DNA of 56,038 nt, the filler included, from Ionaspis alba (taxonomy: Eukaryota): NCBI GenBank assembly GCA_964255285.1. It is 3 parts of 3 records of this genome, joined end to end, with 100 filler letters (N's around TTAATTAATTAA, not from the genome) between each part and the next. Parts side by side here need not be neighbours in the genome. Positions count along the whole stretch, not along the records: positions 1 to 18,714 come from CAXUUL010000284.1; 2 more parts are not named here. One strand, given 5' to 3'. A program made the translations under genes and the position numbers. The notes below the pieces were generated by a model. That model saw nothing but the letters and a program-made list of their open reading frames with translations, was not told where the DNA came from and did no database searches. Below are positions 1 to 12,193 of this stretch, piece by piece (positions within the stretch are counted from its first letter, which is position 1; the number at the start of each line of letters is the position of its first letter).

Positions 1-296
1 TGGTTTTGCACACAAGGATAACCCCTGACTCAACAGCCTTATCAGATTTTACCGAGTCCAAGCCCTAATTATTGACGAGGCCATCGGACGACTCAGAGGC
101 GAGAGAGCCTAGCTTCGATGGTGCTAACACTGCTCTTACCTAATTCCAATGATGCAGTGATTGAACCGTTCTCAGGATTGAATTGAGTGGAGACAATTTT
201 CTACAGAGCTTGCCCCTGCGGATGCGGTTTTCTAGAAGACAAACGATCATAAAAGCCCACAATCTGGGGCAGAGCTTGTCCCACCATGTGGAGCCA

Positions 297-1589
297 TCAC
301 TTCTCAATTGCTTCCAAGCCTATCGGACAATTGCGAGTCCCCACAGATCTGACCTCGTCCTTCGCCTCGTCCCAATCCGCCGTTCCCATGTCGGGTGAAG
401 GTCCTAACTCCGAGGTCTTGTACCCACGTGGAAAATACTTACTTCCATCAATGCCCGGAACTGGTAACCCCAAGCACCTACCCAGCCATGTGCCAGGTGT
501 AAATCGGTTCCAGAGAGTGGGTTCGACATAGTATGGTAACGCCGCATATTTGGTCGTATGGAAATTTCCCTCCGGAGACTTTTCCTTCGAAACAAGACTA
601 ACCTGGCGCCACTTCGGTCGCGGGAGCGCCAGATACCTCAGTACGAATTGCCTGAGGTAGAGACCCGTGTGGACAATGCCCGTCAACCACTTCGGTGGAT
701 CCTCATACATCATCGCCCGCCTCAACCGTTCATACAGCAGCGTATTCACGATCTTCTTCCCCCAGCCCTTGGCCCAAACCGGTGTATGCCAGAGCAAAAT
801 CGCAACCGTCTGCTCCGCAACATCCGCATTAGTCCTCGCCGGCACCATCTTCACCTTCTCGTATTCTTCCGCCCAAGTCCGCACATCCGCCAACCACTCC
901 TTACCATTCCGCCATCCCTTCTTCCACCCCGGTAACTCTTCATAGGAGATACCCATCGCATCACCAACTCCCTTCCAATAAACTCCCACCGCACAAATCT
1001 CCACTTCGGTCAAGGCTCTCCACTCCCAATCCCCGATCCACTTCACCGGCTCCAATGCGAACAAGCTGAGCGTGTACAACAAATCCTGCTGACTTATCTT
1101 CCCAGCTTTGACATACCCAGCATGCAGTGAGTTAATTCTCGCCAACCCCTCGACCCACCTCTCCCCACCCCAATCCTGACCGATGAACTCAGCAACTAGC
1201 ACTTCGGTATCAACATAACGCTTGCATGCTGTTGACGGGGAAGAAAGCTGGGTCGTCTGACAGAGGAGCGAGGAGATGCTGGGGATACCGTAAGTCCGGA
1301 AGAGGGCGAATTGCAAGGCTTTCTCGTAGGTGAAGGGAAACTCAAGGGTGGAGATGGTGTGGTTGATTCTATGCGCTTGCTGCGGTGTCATGTCGGTGAG
1401 CGAGGCTGCGGTTGGGAAAAGGGAGGTGTGGTTCTTGGCGCGCTGGTTGCGGAGGTATTGGACGAGGATGAGGTAGAGGGAGATAAGGGTGAGGAGGGCG
1501 GTGAGTGGGCTTTGAAATCTTGTGGCAGAGAGGCTCAACATAGAGTAACACAAGGTGTGATTTGGTGCTGGGTCCGATGAGTTTGCCAT
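297..1589 (-). CDS. ER-bound oxygenase, MpaB/MpaB'-like (DUF2236 / latex-clearing-protein-like), 430 aa, single exon
   Basis: N-terminal TM anchor (LTALLTLISLYLILVQYL) and family motifs LEFPFTYEKALQFALFRTYGIPSISSLL, KRYVDTEVLV, ARINSLH and KISQQDLLYTLSLF. Confidence 0.85.
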   Translation of the reverse strand: MANSSDPAPNHTLCYSMLSLSATRFQSPLTALLTLISLYLILVQYLRNQRAKNHTSLFPTAASLTDMTPQQAHRINHTISTLEFPFTYEKALQFALFRTYGIPSISSLLCQTTQLSSPSTACKRYVDTEVLVAEFIGQDWGGERWVEGLARINSLHAGYVKAGKISQQDLLYTLSLFALEPVKWIGDWEWRALTEVEICAVGVYWKGVGDAMGISYEELPGWKKGWRNGKEWLADVRTWAEEYEKVKMVPARTNADVAEQTVAILLWHTPVWAKGWGKKIVNTLLYERLRRAMMYEDPPKWLTGIVHTGLYLRQFVLRYLALPRPKWRQVSLVSKEKSPEGNFHTTKYAALPYYVEPTLWNRFTPGTWLGRCLGLPVPGIDGSKYFPRGYKTSELGPSPDMGTADWDEAKDEVRSVGTRNCPIGLEAIEK

Positions 1590-4550
1590 GGTTGGATAGC
1601 GTGCCGTTGGGATTGTGAGAGGTGAATGAGGCTTTGTAGTTCGATCCCTAGGGTGTAAAGAATACGTTTATTATCATGATTGGCACGGTAATGTGATCGA
1701 TCTTCATGTGGACTGTCTGTGGTGATGGGGCCGCATATGGGATGATGTTGTACGATGTCGAATGAGGTAGATTAGTAAAATCCCTGTCCAGCGAACCCTT
1801 AATGAGCTTGGCAAGGCTGATTTGAAAGGCTTAATATTGTGTAACCATCGTTCGACTGTGATTGAGTCATTGCTGCACAACACTTCAAGCTTTGTACACA
1901 TCACGTTGACAGTCTTCTTATCAATAGTATCGTGTAAGCTCTAATATACAAGGTTGCTCCTCACAAGACCCAATCAGGTCATTTGTGAACCCTTACGATG
2001 CATCAAGATCATCGCACCGAGCCCCTTTCGTCGCCTCATCATGCCCTCATTGCTGCAGGACAATCTGGACCAAGGTCTGCTGACTGATCAAGCAAGCGCG
2101 AGGCTTTCTTCGGGGCTTGCGGCTGCAGCAAGAAGGTCATGAGCATCGGATGGACAAGGCCGAGGAGTTGGACAAGTCACAGGGTGAAAAATACCTGCGT
2201 GCGTTCTTGAGAAGGCGCTCGACAGCAAGGCTCCAGCTTTTTGTGTGGCCAATTTTTCATGCGTCCATGGTTGGGAACTACCGGGGTAGCCTTGAGACTA
2301 TCGGAAGGCTTGATATGTATACTCTCCCGACTCAGGAACGGAGCCGTGAGTCCTTTGATTGTCGAAGAGATTGAATGCACGTAGTCAATAGTAGAAGCAT
2401 TGAAGTAAGAGAAAGACACATGCTGGGAACGCCATTAGCTGAAGCGGGAGAAAGAAGTTCTGGGTAATCGAAGTCTCTGCAAGAGGTTCTTGACAGTATA
2501 CGACTAGCTATGGTAGAAGCAGCAGCCCGCGACTCCTCCGCTATTTCACTTTCGGAGCATATTAGGCAGACCAGGAACAGAGGGTGACAAAGCCACAATG
2601 TGTGGTCCACGACAAAGTATCATTGCAAGCGTTGACAGCCTCCTCGTTCTTTATTGTCGTGAACTGCCCTTTGCGAGATGTAAGAGCTTTTGATGTCCTC
2701 GGTCTACCTTGTGACAATAGAAGCCGACGAAGACGAAGACTATCGTTTTCTTAGAGCGGAGCAGGTAGTGAAGTCGGTCCTAAAGCAGAGGCTGTTAGAG
2801 CACAACAAGTTACATCTGCGTACGGCCGAATGCTCATAACTCAGAATCTGCTGGACATTGGTATTTGGAGTTATCCAACAGAATGCCTGATCAGCATTGA
2901 TGGATAGCCAATCGTCGTCTACTGCTGGTCCTCGAACATCAGACGTAACACACCGGCATGTCGCGCTCGACTTGCGGACGCAGAAACGACATGACCATTC
3001 GCAAATTGAAGGATTGTATCCTCTGGGTGACGAGAACCTTGAGACAAAGCATAGACATGGAAAGCAGACCCATCACACCTTCGAGAGGATGAGTTTTGAG
3101 GAGACGCGTAAGTTGGATTCTATTAGTGTCACTGGGGCAGGCAGTGCTTCAGCTCTACCGCTTTCATAGAAGGTGATCGGCGCTGAAACCCAGGAAAAGT
3201 ACAAAACCCCGATCCAATCAGTGTCGGATCGGAGTCGCCCGGCACTGTGAGCGGTCCAATAGCTTTCGTTTGTTCTTGCATACTTGAAAGTTCCTCCTCT
3301 AGCTCCAGGCCTTCAGTGAGATGTATTCGGGGTAGTGACACCTGCCATTCTTTGATCGACATGTCCCTGAGGATCCAACAAAACAAGCCAGGAGACTAGA
3401 CGAAGCTGAAGTACAACGATACAGACTAATGGCCGTTAGATCCGCCATTGGTCTTAGTCCACGCAACAAACAACGTGCTTTTGCCAAATGACTCGCGGAC
3501 TTGTCCGTTGGTACACATAAAAAGGCTCGGCCGCTAATCATCGATCCCTGAACAAGCCATCAGCACATCATGACAAAGCTCGGTACGTCAAGCGAGCGAA
3601 GCTGTGTCCCAGACCCATGGTCCAGGTGACGGGCTTCAGGGGAAGACAGGGCTAGCTGCCAAGTTGCCCGTTATCAAGTACATGTTGAGGGTAGAGAAGA
3701 TGGCAGCGCAATGATGTGAAGGACGCGTACAGCTTACTAGCTGAGCATCTATGAGAGACTTCGGGGTTCGCTTGACGTTTTTTCGCTTGTTTAGGGGTTG
3801 GGTAGATCTGGGTTCATCAACAGAAAGCGATTGGCTTGAAGCATTCGAAGTCAACAGGCAAGGTTGTGAGCGCTGGGAGGTCTCTTGACCTACGGTGCAT
3901 TGGAGATCAATGAATCGCATGTAATTGAAAGGTCTTGATTACCCATCTCTACGCAAAGACAACGACAACAAATTTGCAATGCTAGATTTCGTAAAGAGAA
4001 ATGACAACACGATGTGGCAGATTTGTCATGCTGCATGTAGTGAACAACATAGAGTCCCCGAAGTCAAGGAAACGAGTGACAGACTTATCTAGCATGCCTG
4101 TCGGCCATGGAGAGTCCGAAGAGTACACAGGCAATTATAAAAGAGCGGTGGATCTCATTGTCTTCAGCTTCGGCCGACGAATTCTTCTGTTTCCCAGAGA
4201 GCCCGAACAGTTCGGGCTTTTGCGGTGAAGTAGCCTGCGTTGCAGCCAGTACTGTCAACAGATATTTTGATACATAAGATCTAATGTGCATAGCCATTCC
4301 TGTCCGATGCGTTTTTACCGGATTAGTTTTCAGCTCCGAAATCGCTTCAAGGCAGAATGGTACATGGTGATGGTAACGGATGAATGAATAAATGGCAAGC
4401 ATAAAACATGTAGGACAAGGATCAGGACCTATCGACGGACCTGAAGGGTTCCAAGAGTCCTGCTAACGCGTCAGGAGAGAGTCAGCCAGCCTGCAGCTAT
4501 CCGGACCTACCCATTCAGCCAGAACTGACCTCCGACAGGGGATCTCGATG

Positions 4551-4590
4551 ATTAGCGAGAACAAGCGAGGATAAGCGAGAATACTCGAGG
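4551..4590. repeat. Degenerate 10-bp tandem repeat x4
   Basis: attagcgaga/acaagcgagg/ataagcgaga/atactcgagg read directly. Confidence 0.55.
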
Positions 4591-6476
4591 AGTAGATGTG
4601 AGAAGAACCTGGGGCTTACCCTTGGTCCCTGTGATTTCCATGTGGTTGTATGAGTAATAACCCAAAGTCCTTTATAAGCACGTTTGACTCTGCAGTTGCA
4701 CTAATGCGGCGGTTGTGCTGACATCCTTCAAGGGGCCATGCCCGCCATTGTGTCCCTGCCTCCAATAATCACTTGGCTTTGGTTGGTATCCGCATCCGTT
4801 TTCCTTTTCAGGCCAATGGCCATCCTATCTTGAACACGACGAGGGTGGCGCACGGGGACAAGCGGCGGTAAGACACGTGAGATCTTGTCAGATAGCAACC
4901 CTTCTCGAAGTTTTCGAAGGTACACTTGATCAGTAAGCCTGCAGCAGAGGAGATGCACAGCGAGATGTCAAAAGAACACCATGACATCCGGTCACCGCTT
5001 CTATGATGTGTCCTGCGATGTATCCTGCGATGTGCACTTCCTGGAGGAGATCGATGATGGGGGCGACTCGGGGTCGTGCACATGCTCAACAGGATTTGGG
5101 GAATTAGATTGCGATCTCTCCAGCCGCACGGCGAAGTACCACCATGGTGGAGGAAAGTTCTGGAAATGACGTCTCTCACCGCCAAAACATTACAAAATCC
5201 AGCCCACCGTCCACCAGTCAATTGCGTTGGCTGTTCTGCGCGATCAGTAAACAACAATTTCACGAGAACCTTTTGGTGGACACCACTATCAGTCATGGGT
5301 ATTTTGCCATCTATGAATCACAGGTGCATGTGTCGACAGATAATTTAGCTATCGTGTTGGCGATGGCAGTGGCCCGTAAAGAAGTATCGGTCTAATCTAA
5401 TTTCAGCGAGCGGTGGCCAAGCCCGCCGCACAAGCCGCGGGGTGAATGAGGTGATCTTCAACCAGTAAAGGCTTGTTGTCTCCGTGGCCAGCTCGTCCCA
5501 CTGCAAGAGAAACACGCGCAAGATGAAGGAGACGCTGGAATCCTCAACACGTACGACCTTCTCCTGAGCCTTCTTAAAGGCTTGTAAGAGGGGTACTTCT
5601 TGTGTCGCCAACGAGAGACAACTGTGTGCAACCTGAGGATTGACCGCCATTATCCTTCACAACGCGCCCTTTTACAAAGTGCACAGCCCAGCAGCAGAAT
5701 TGGCGAATAGCCTCGGCGCTGAACCCTCCCGGAGATGCACACGAGGGCGTGACTCCTCAGTGTGCTGCAGCCTTGTGTGGGAGGAGCAACGGTACGAAGT
5801 GCATAGAAGGTTGGGACGCTTCTTCTCTGCTGCACGCCCAGCCAATCGTCGGTCTCATCCGACACTTGGTGCTCGAGAGCCTGTCATCCCACGCGGACTC
5901 TCAGGGATTATCTGCACCAGGCTGACCATCAGTCCTACCCTTGAAATAGAGAACCCTCCCCTTCCCTGCATCAGCCATCCCCTATCTCCGATAGGTTCGT
6001 ATGCGGCGAAGGCTTGGGTGCTGAGCTCGAAGATGCTGGGCAAGTGCAACGCAACGAGCTTCGAATGCATTGGTCCCATCCAAATTTGGCTCCCACACGA
6101 GGGCACTCGATAGCCAACATGGGAAAGCGGTCGACCGTTTCTGAAACTCAAATCTGCTGCGCGTCAAGGCTGAATAATAGTCATTAATCAAAGGCCGTAT
6201 GCAAGCATGGGCTGCATATCAAGTCGATCCTTTCACCGACAAGGGATGACAACCGTCGGGATTCTGGCACGCCGCCGTGGCTGTCCTAAGGGGAGCTCGC
6301 GAGGTTCTTAAATAACTACCAGGCATCCGCCGAAAGGTTCCGTTTGTTTTTTTGGGAAGCCGTGCAATACGACACCAATAGCGAATCCTACCTCATCCCT
6401 TTGTTGCAGTGTATTTCATCCGAGGATCTTCTCCTCCTTCTTGACTCGAGCGTTCCCCCCCTCTATCAATATCAAC

Positions 6477-7575
6477 ATGCATCGACAAAGTTCTTATACC
6501 TATCCGTTCCCCACGGGGCCAACGTCCCCCAGATATACCTCAACCCACAGCACCAGTAGTGCCCAAAGTGCAAGTGCCAATCCAGATGAGGACTGGACCA
6601 AGATATCAGATCTAGCAGAGAGGCGGAGAATACAGAATCGTATTGCTCAGAGGAACTACCGTCAGTATTCGCTCTAAATAGTCGTAATGATTATCGTGTA
6701 CTGAACAAATATGATAGGCAAGAAGCTCAAGAGACGCCTTGAAGACCTCGAGAGAAGAGCTGGTTCATCATCTGCTTCGCCTGAGCAATCTCATGCAGAG
6801 CTTGTACCAGCCTACCAGCCTCAAAGACAGGATGATGATGCTGGGAAGAAGCGAAGAACGAAGAATGAGGCTTTAGTTGCAGGTCGAGGTCGTTCTCCTA
6901 TTTCCTACTCTGGACAAGCTTCTTCTGCTCGAGAGGATGGCTCGAGTATGTTCTCGCGTCAGTACACGCGACAGCTTTCGGCATCGCCGCCTCCAGCATT
7001 CACCTACTCTTATCCAATGCCAGATCCGCCAGCCCTTCATCCGGCACCGTACCCTCAGCACGCACCATATCAGAGTCTCCCATCGCCCTACTCCGATTAT
7101 CAGGGCCAGTCAATGTATCTGCCTCCATTACCGACCCTGCCTAGCATGTCAGGGTACGACAACGCGCCCATGAAGCCTGACAACTCATTCATGGACGACG
7201 AGATGATCAACCACTTCAACATGAGCTATTCATCAATGGGCGGAATGGAGATACCGACTACTCAGTCGTACTCTGATTCAAACGCATATGTAAACAATCC
7301 CAACCATCCTGAGTACAGTTTCCTTATTTCATTGCTTGTCATTTTCATTATCCGAATTGGCTCTCTGTTGTCTCAATCTCCTACTCCAGATCTAATACAC
7401 CCAGCATGAAAACCTGAACAAACAAGCTAACGAGGCATTTATTTGACAGACACCACCGCTATCGCTCTCGCATTCCTTCGAACATTCAAGGGCCGGATCG
7501 CCGTCAGAGCCGTCGCTGATGTGCCCGGGAACTCCCATTTCAATTCCAGTCTCTCCTCATTTCATCATGGGTTGA
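6477..7575 (+). CDS. bZIP transcription factor, 3 exons (6477-6660, 6718-7289, 7450-7575)
   Basis: Basic region and zipper DEDWTKISDLAERRRIQNRIAQRNYR|KKLKRRLEDLERRA, split by intron 6661-6717 (GTCAGT..TAG). Intron 7290-7449 (GTAAAC..GCTAAC..CAG) keeps the frame to TGA at 7573-7575. Confidence 0.9.
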
Positions 7576-10500
7576 TTGCAAATACACGCGGCCAATCGAC
7601 AAAAAACATTTGTTTCAATAGGCGAGACGGGGAATATCAAATTCTCGGAGAATACCAACAAGGCTACAGTATACACTTATTAGGCGAAGGAACGGCAAAA
7701 GCGGGAAGATTGGCGTCGTCCCTCAGGAAGCCCAAAATCACGGCATTTGGTCAAACCGACAAGGAGTTGCAACTTTCTAATTGGTCCAATCGCATAAATC
7801 CTGGCGTCACTCTTTTTCTATGTATTGTACAAGGGGAGTTTCCGGCGAAGGAGTAGGAAGGAAGGAGACTACGATTTCCGCACGAAATTCGTTGGATCGT
7901 TTTCGCGACTCGGCGAATGAATTCATCCGAAGCACTCGCTTTTTCTGTTTCCAGCTCCGGGGTTTTGCTGGGGGGCCACGCAGCATTTCCCGCAACAGAG
8001 CAAATCGTTCGTCTCGGGGTTCTTCGGTGGTAGCCCTTTTGCCAGGGGTGTGTCTGAAGTACTGGCGTTACGGCTGGGGAGGGCTGGCAGTGGGAAACGG
8101 CGGCGCGGCGGATTTTCTAGTAGATACCGTACTTTAAGTTAGGCCCCCAAACTTATTGCACAGGGCTTGGAGATGGGACGAAGGATGGGGAATCTCAAAT
8201 CCATTCATCTTTCTCAATTCCAGCACACTTCATTCGTTGTATTTGACAATACTATTGCAGTTAGCCTTGAGTTCTGCCTTGTCATGCGACACAGGAGCCG
8301 TGTTTTCCGCCGGGGATCCCGTAGGAATCAATGCCTTCTGGGACGACAATCTTTCGGGATTACGACAGCCTAGAAGTGACGGTGAGGAAGGGTGGGGATA
8401 CTGTAACACTCACTCGTGCCGTCAAATGCACATGTGCAGATCACCACGCAGCATCTGCAAACGAGCCTTAAGAGGCGTCCTTCAGGTGGTTGCCTTCCGG
8501 TGCCCATTTGTGCATAAGTCACAACAACAGCATCTCATGGCTGAACGGCGCAAATTTGCGCATTTCGCAAGTCGGCCCCTCGGGTGAGCGAAACCTACTC
8601 TAATCGCCGAGTGAAGCATCCCTACTTTGCACGTGCCGGACGGCAGGGTTGCTGGGTGTCGGTGTGGCTTGCCTGAGGTTGGAGAGCTTTATCTGGATTT
8701 GGGGAAAACGTGGTCGCCGTGCCGCGTGGATCGTGAGCAATTTGGGTAGGGATGTCTGGGTGGGTGTGGGCAAGGAAGACTTGTGACCTAGGAGAAGCAG
8801 GAAAGGAGGCTGAGTGCGCTCCTTAAGGCGGCAATAACCCATAGACAAGGCAGAAAAGACCGACTAAGATATAGATTAAAATGTTTACCTCCTATGCATT
8901 GGTAGTACGAGTCACAGTTTTTGGATCGCGGCTGGTAGAACGGGGAATGACTGGGAGGCATATTTGGGGTCGCATTGAGGATTCGTGGTGTAATTACTTG
9001 GATGGCTGTACCCGGTGGAAGTGGAGGGAAGGTCCTTGCGAGGGAGTGTGGTACAAAGAGGCTCGAGAGCTTCGAGCACGAGGTCGGCGGTCTCAATGTT
9101 ACTCTGCCAACAGGTTTGCCTGAGAGGGTAAGTGTCATGTATGATCGTGTACAGATCGAGAGGTACAGCCAAGGCGTGCCGTATCTATATGTTCGGCCAT
9201 GTGCAGGAATTGGAAGTGCTGGACATGCTAATATATGTCATTGTTATACTGAATACCCATCGTACGCCGCTCATGTGAGTGATTGCAGGTCTCTGCGAAT
9301 ATCGAGGTACATTACTACCGGGTCCATCTCGAGGGGTCGACTTGCTGATCATGTGTAACTCTGCGGGTTGATGCTTGCATAAAGAAAGTACTCTGGTACC
9401 ATATGTGGCCATTTCCAATTCACGTGCACTAGCATAGTCTTGGCAAGCCTCCTTTTGCGTTACCTAAAAATAAGAGCCTATTCTTGCCAGAGATGCCCGC
9501 TGCAGAGAGAAACTCTTGGCTAGCATAAACCGTAGCACGTTCTCCGACATGGATGATGAACCATTCTCGCAAAAGCTCGACCGCTTCTGATAACCGGATC
9601 TGATTTTGTTCCGCAATTATGCCACATCAGAGAACACCGATAGTGCAAGCCCTTGAGATGACAGAGGATCAATTGGTATCTCTTGCTCGCGTGCCCCTAC
9701 AAGTCTTCCGGTCAGCATGGGAAAGCTCATCCGACCAGCCACGAGTACACGGAAAATAATTTTGAGAGATTCAAGGACATAGGTATCTTGCGGTTCTGAG
9801 ATTACGATTGCCAGAGATCTCAAGACTTGAGAGGAGGAAAGCTGTACTAAGAGGCCGAGCTTTGATGATAGTAACTGTGGGAAGCAGGTCGCTTCATTTC
9901 TCAGCCTCTCTTTGTGGGTGAGCCTGCTGCCAGTGATGTAAAAGTATTCAACCCGCTCGCATCCTCAGGTGTCCGACCTGCAAGATCAGCTTCAGTTGCA
10001 ATAAGACACAAATTGATTACGCCTAACGGAAACATCCTCCAGTGTATCATTGATCCATCAAATTAACCGGTCAAGGAAAACGTGGAGCTCCCAACCTCGG
10101 TCGTTCTAAAGCGAACCCAAAGGGCCGATATTTAGCTGAATACAGTCTTTGATCGTTATGCCGAGACGCCCATCAATAGCAATGAAGAGCCTCGCAGCGC
10201 CTGTGAGATCTTCAGAGCAGGTGCTAAATCCTCTGCTGGGCTCAAGAAGCCAGGCGACGAGTATCGTAAGTCTTGGCAGTTTGTCTTTTTGTCGGCTTCG
10301 CTTAGAATACTACGGGTACGCTCCGGGCTTTGACTGAACGAGAGTAGGCTGGAGATATAGTGACCTGGAAAAGGGAGACAGGAACAGGGCCTTGATGAGT
10401 CGCCACATTCCGAGAGCCATATCCAAAGCTCGGTACTTGTCCTAACGATCAATGGTAACAGATGAGTAGAAGAGCTGACCAGCAGGCGGGCCAAAAAGAG

Positions 10501-11271
10501 GCTCGGGCTCCACAACAGTGCTCAAATTAGAGTTGAAGTACGAGGTGAGCTCATAAGAGCGCATGCTGTTGCAACAATAGGTTAGGAAGGGGCTAAAGCA
10601 CAGAGTCAGAAGACATCCTGCTCTGTGGGATAAACAATGGATCGGTTGGAGAGCCACTTGACTCTGAATCCGCACAAAAGATGGCGGAAATTTCTAGTAG
10701 ACCAGGCAGGTGCAGTTTGCTCGTCCACTAAACAAAATTTGGCCACAGGAACCCAACTCTCAAATCTCATGAGAGACAGCCAATCGATTTGCACGATGTT
10801 AGCGACTCATTGCCTTATGGAAGAGGGTTTTGACACTTGGTATTGCTTAGACCGATTAACTCGATGCTCGTAGACACAAATATCGTTCTATCTTTCCAGA
10901 TCCCAACGACGCCGGGACTCGGTTAGGAACAAATGGTGGTCAGTTGCGGGCGCCTACCAAGGGCGGTGCACAGACCTAGTGCCGGCCTCAAGGGACTTAG
11001 CGATCAGAATACTGCAACGATTGGTGGAACTACCTCGCACGACCAGGCGTCTAGAACGTCAATCGTTTAATCATAAGAAGGGCGCCTGTGCCCTCAACTC
11101 GGCGACAGTATCCAAACATTTCCTAAGGACTCTGACACACTCAGAAGGATTATACCTGTGGGTAATACAATTCTCAGCATATCTCACGTACGAGGGTCAG
11201 CTTCCTGAGTGGCTGGCCTTGACGTCGGGAGATCAGCGTCCCAACATTTTGAGCCACTCGTTTCAAAAGTT

Positions 11272-11358
11272 TGACACTTCGGTGCATAACAGTTGACTGT
11301 GGTAGCTGCCATCCTGCTGTTGGATGCTGGCGTTGAAATCATGGCTTCAGATCCAGAC
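11272..11358 (+). pseudogene. Possible decayed ankyrin-repeat fragment
   Basis: One frame reads *HFGA*QLTVVAAILLLDAGVEIMASDPD, resembling the ankyrin consensus LHxAAxxGxxxxxxLLLxxGAxIxxxD with in-frame stops. Confidence 0.3.
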
Positions 11359-12067
11359 ATGCTGAGAATCTTGTATAGATGAGCAGCATATATAAGATCG
11401 ATATCTTTTCTTGTAGCATTTGCAACAAGTTCTACACGTTGTCCCGTTTTTCCCCTATCGATCGGTCTGCAAACTTTACTTTTATCATACTCCAAAGTGA
11501 ATCGCTTGAGTACTTACCTCCAATTATTTCACCCCGAGGCAGCTCCGAGACACAAACATGCTTTTCTCAACACTGTGTTTTGATTCTCGCAGATAGTGCT
11601 AATGCCGCCAGCCAATGGTATACCATATGGCCTAACCTCTGTAGCTCCACAATCAATGCCTTTCAATTTGTGACTCTCAAGCCACTTGTTCGAACACGGC
11701 CAATGTAAGGACAGACACAGGAAGTGCCCGGCCAAGCGAGAGAGCATCCCCTGCAACAAGCAGAGGCGGGAGATGAGCAGAGTTCGGCAAACACGGTCGT
11801 TAAACTCGTTGTGGGCAGATACATGTGCTATCTTACCAAGAAGCTTTTACCGAGTAGCTTGCAGGTGATCTGACGGCAAATAGCACTCTACCAATCTAAT
11901 ATCATCAATACAAAGTCTTGAAGTCTTTCGAGGTTTGAATCTGGCACGATTGGGTCAAGCCATTCCCAATGCAAGCCACATCGTGGAAAGAAGCATCATT
12001 AGAATTGAAGTAATCTATCAGAACCACTAAGCTCTACAAAAGAAACGACTGCTACCTCTCCAGAACA

Positions 12068-12083
12068 GATCGATCGATCGATC
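12068..12083. repeat. (GATC)4 microsatellite
   Basis: gatcgatcgatcgatc read directly. Confidence 0.8.
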
Positions 12084-12193
12084 ATGACCATCTCAGCTCC
12101 CATTACAAACTCTACAGTACACAACATCTTCCCACCTAGCTCAAACACCCCCGCTATGCACTGACAAGAAAGACTGCCCTAAGCTCCCGGACC

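Noticed and set aside
4728..6191. Cluster of overlapping 60-160 aa ORFs and a 12-bp x3 repeat at about 5005-5040
   Set aside because: No family motif, splice model or transposase/RT signature; cannot support a gene or mobile element.
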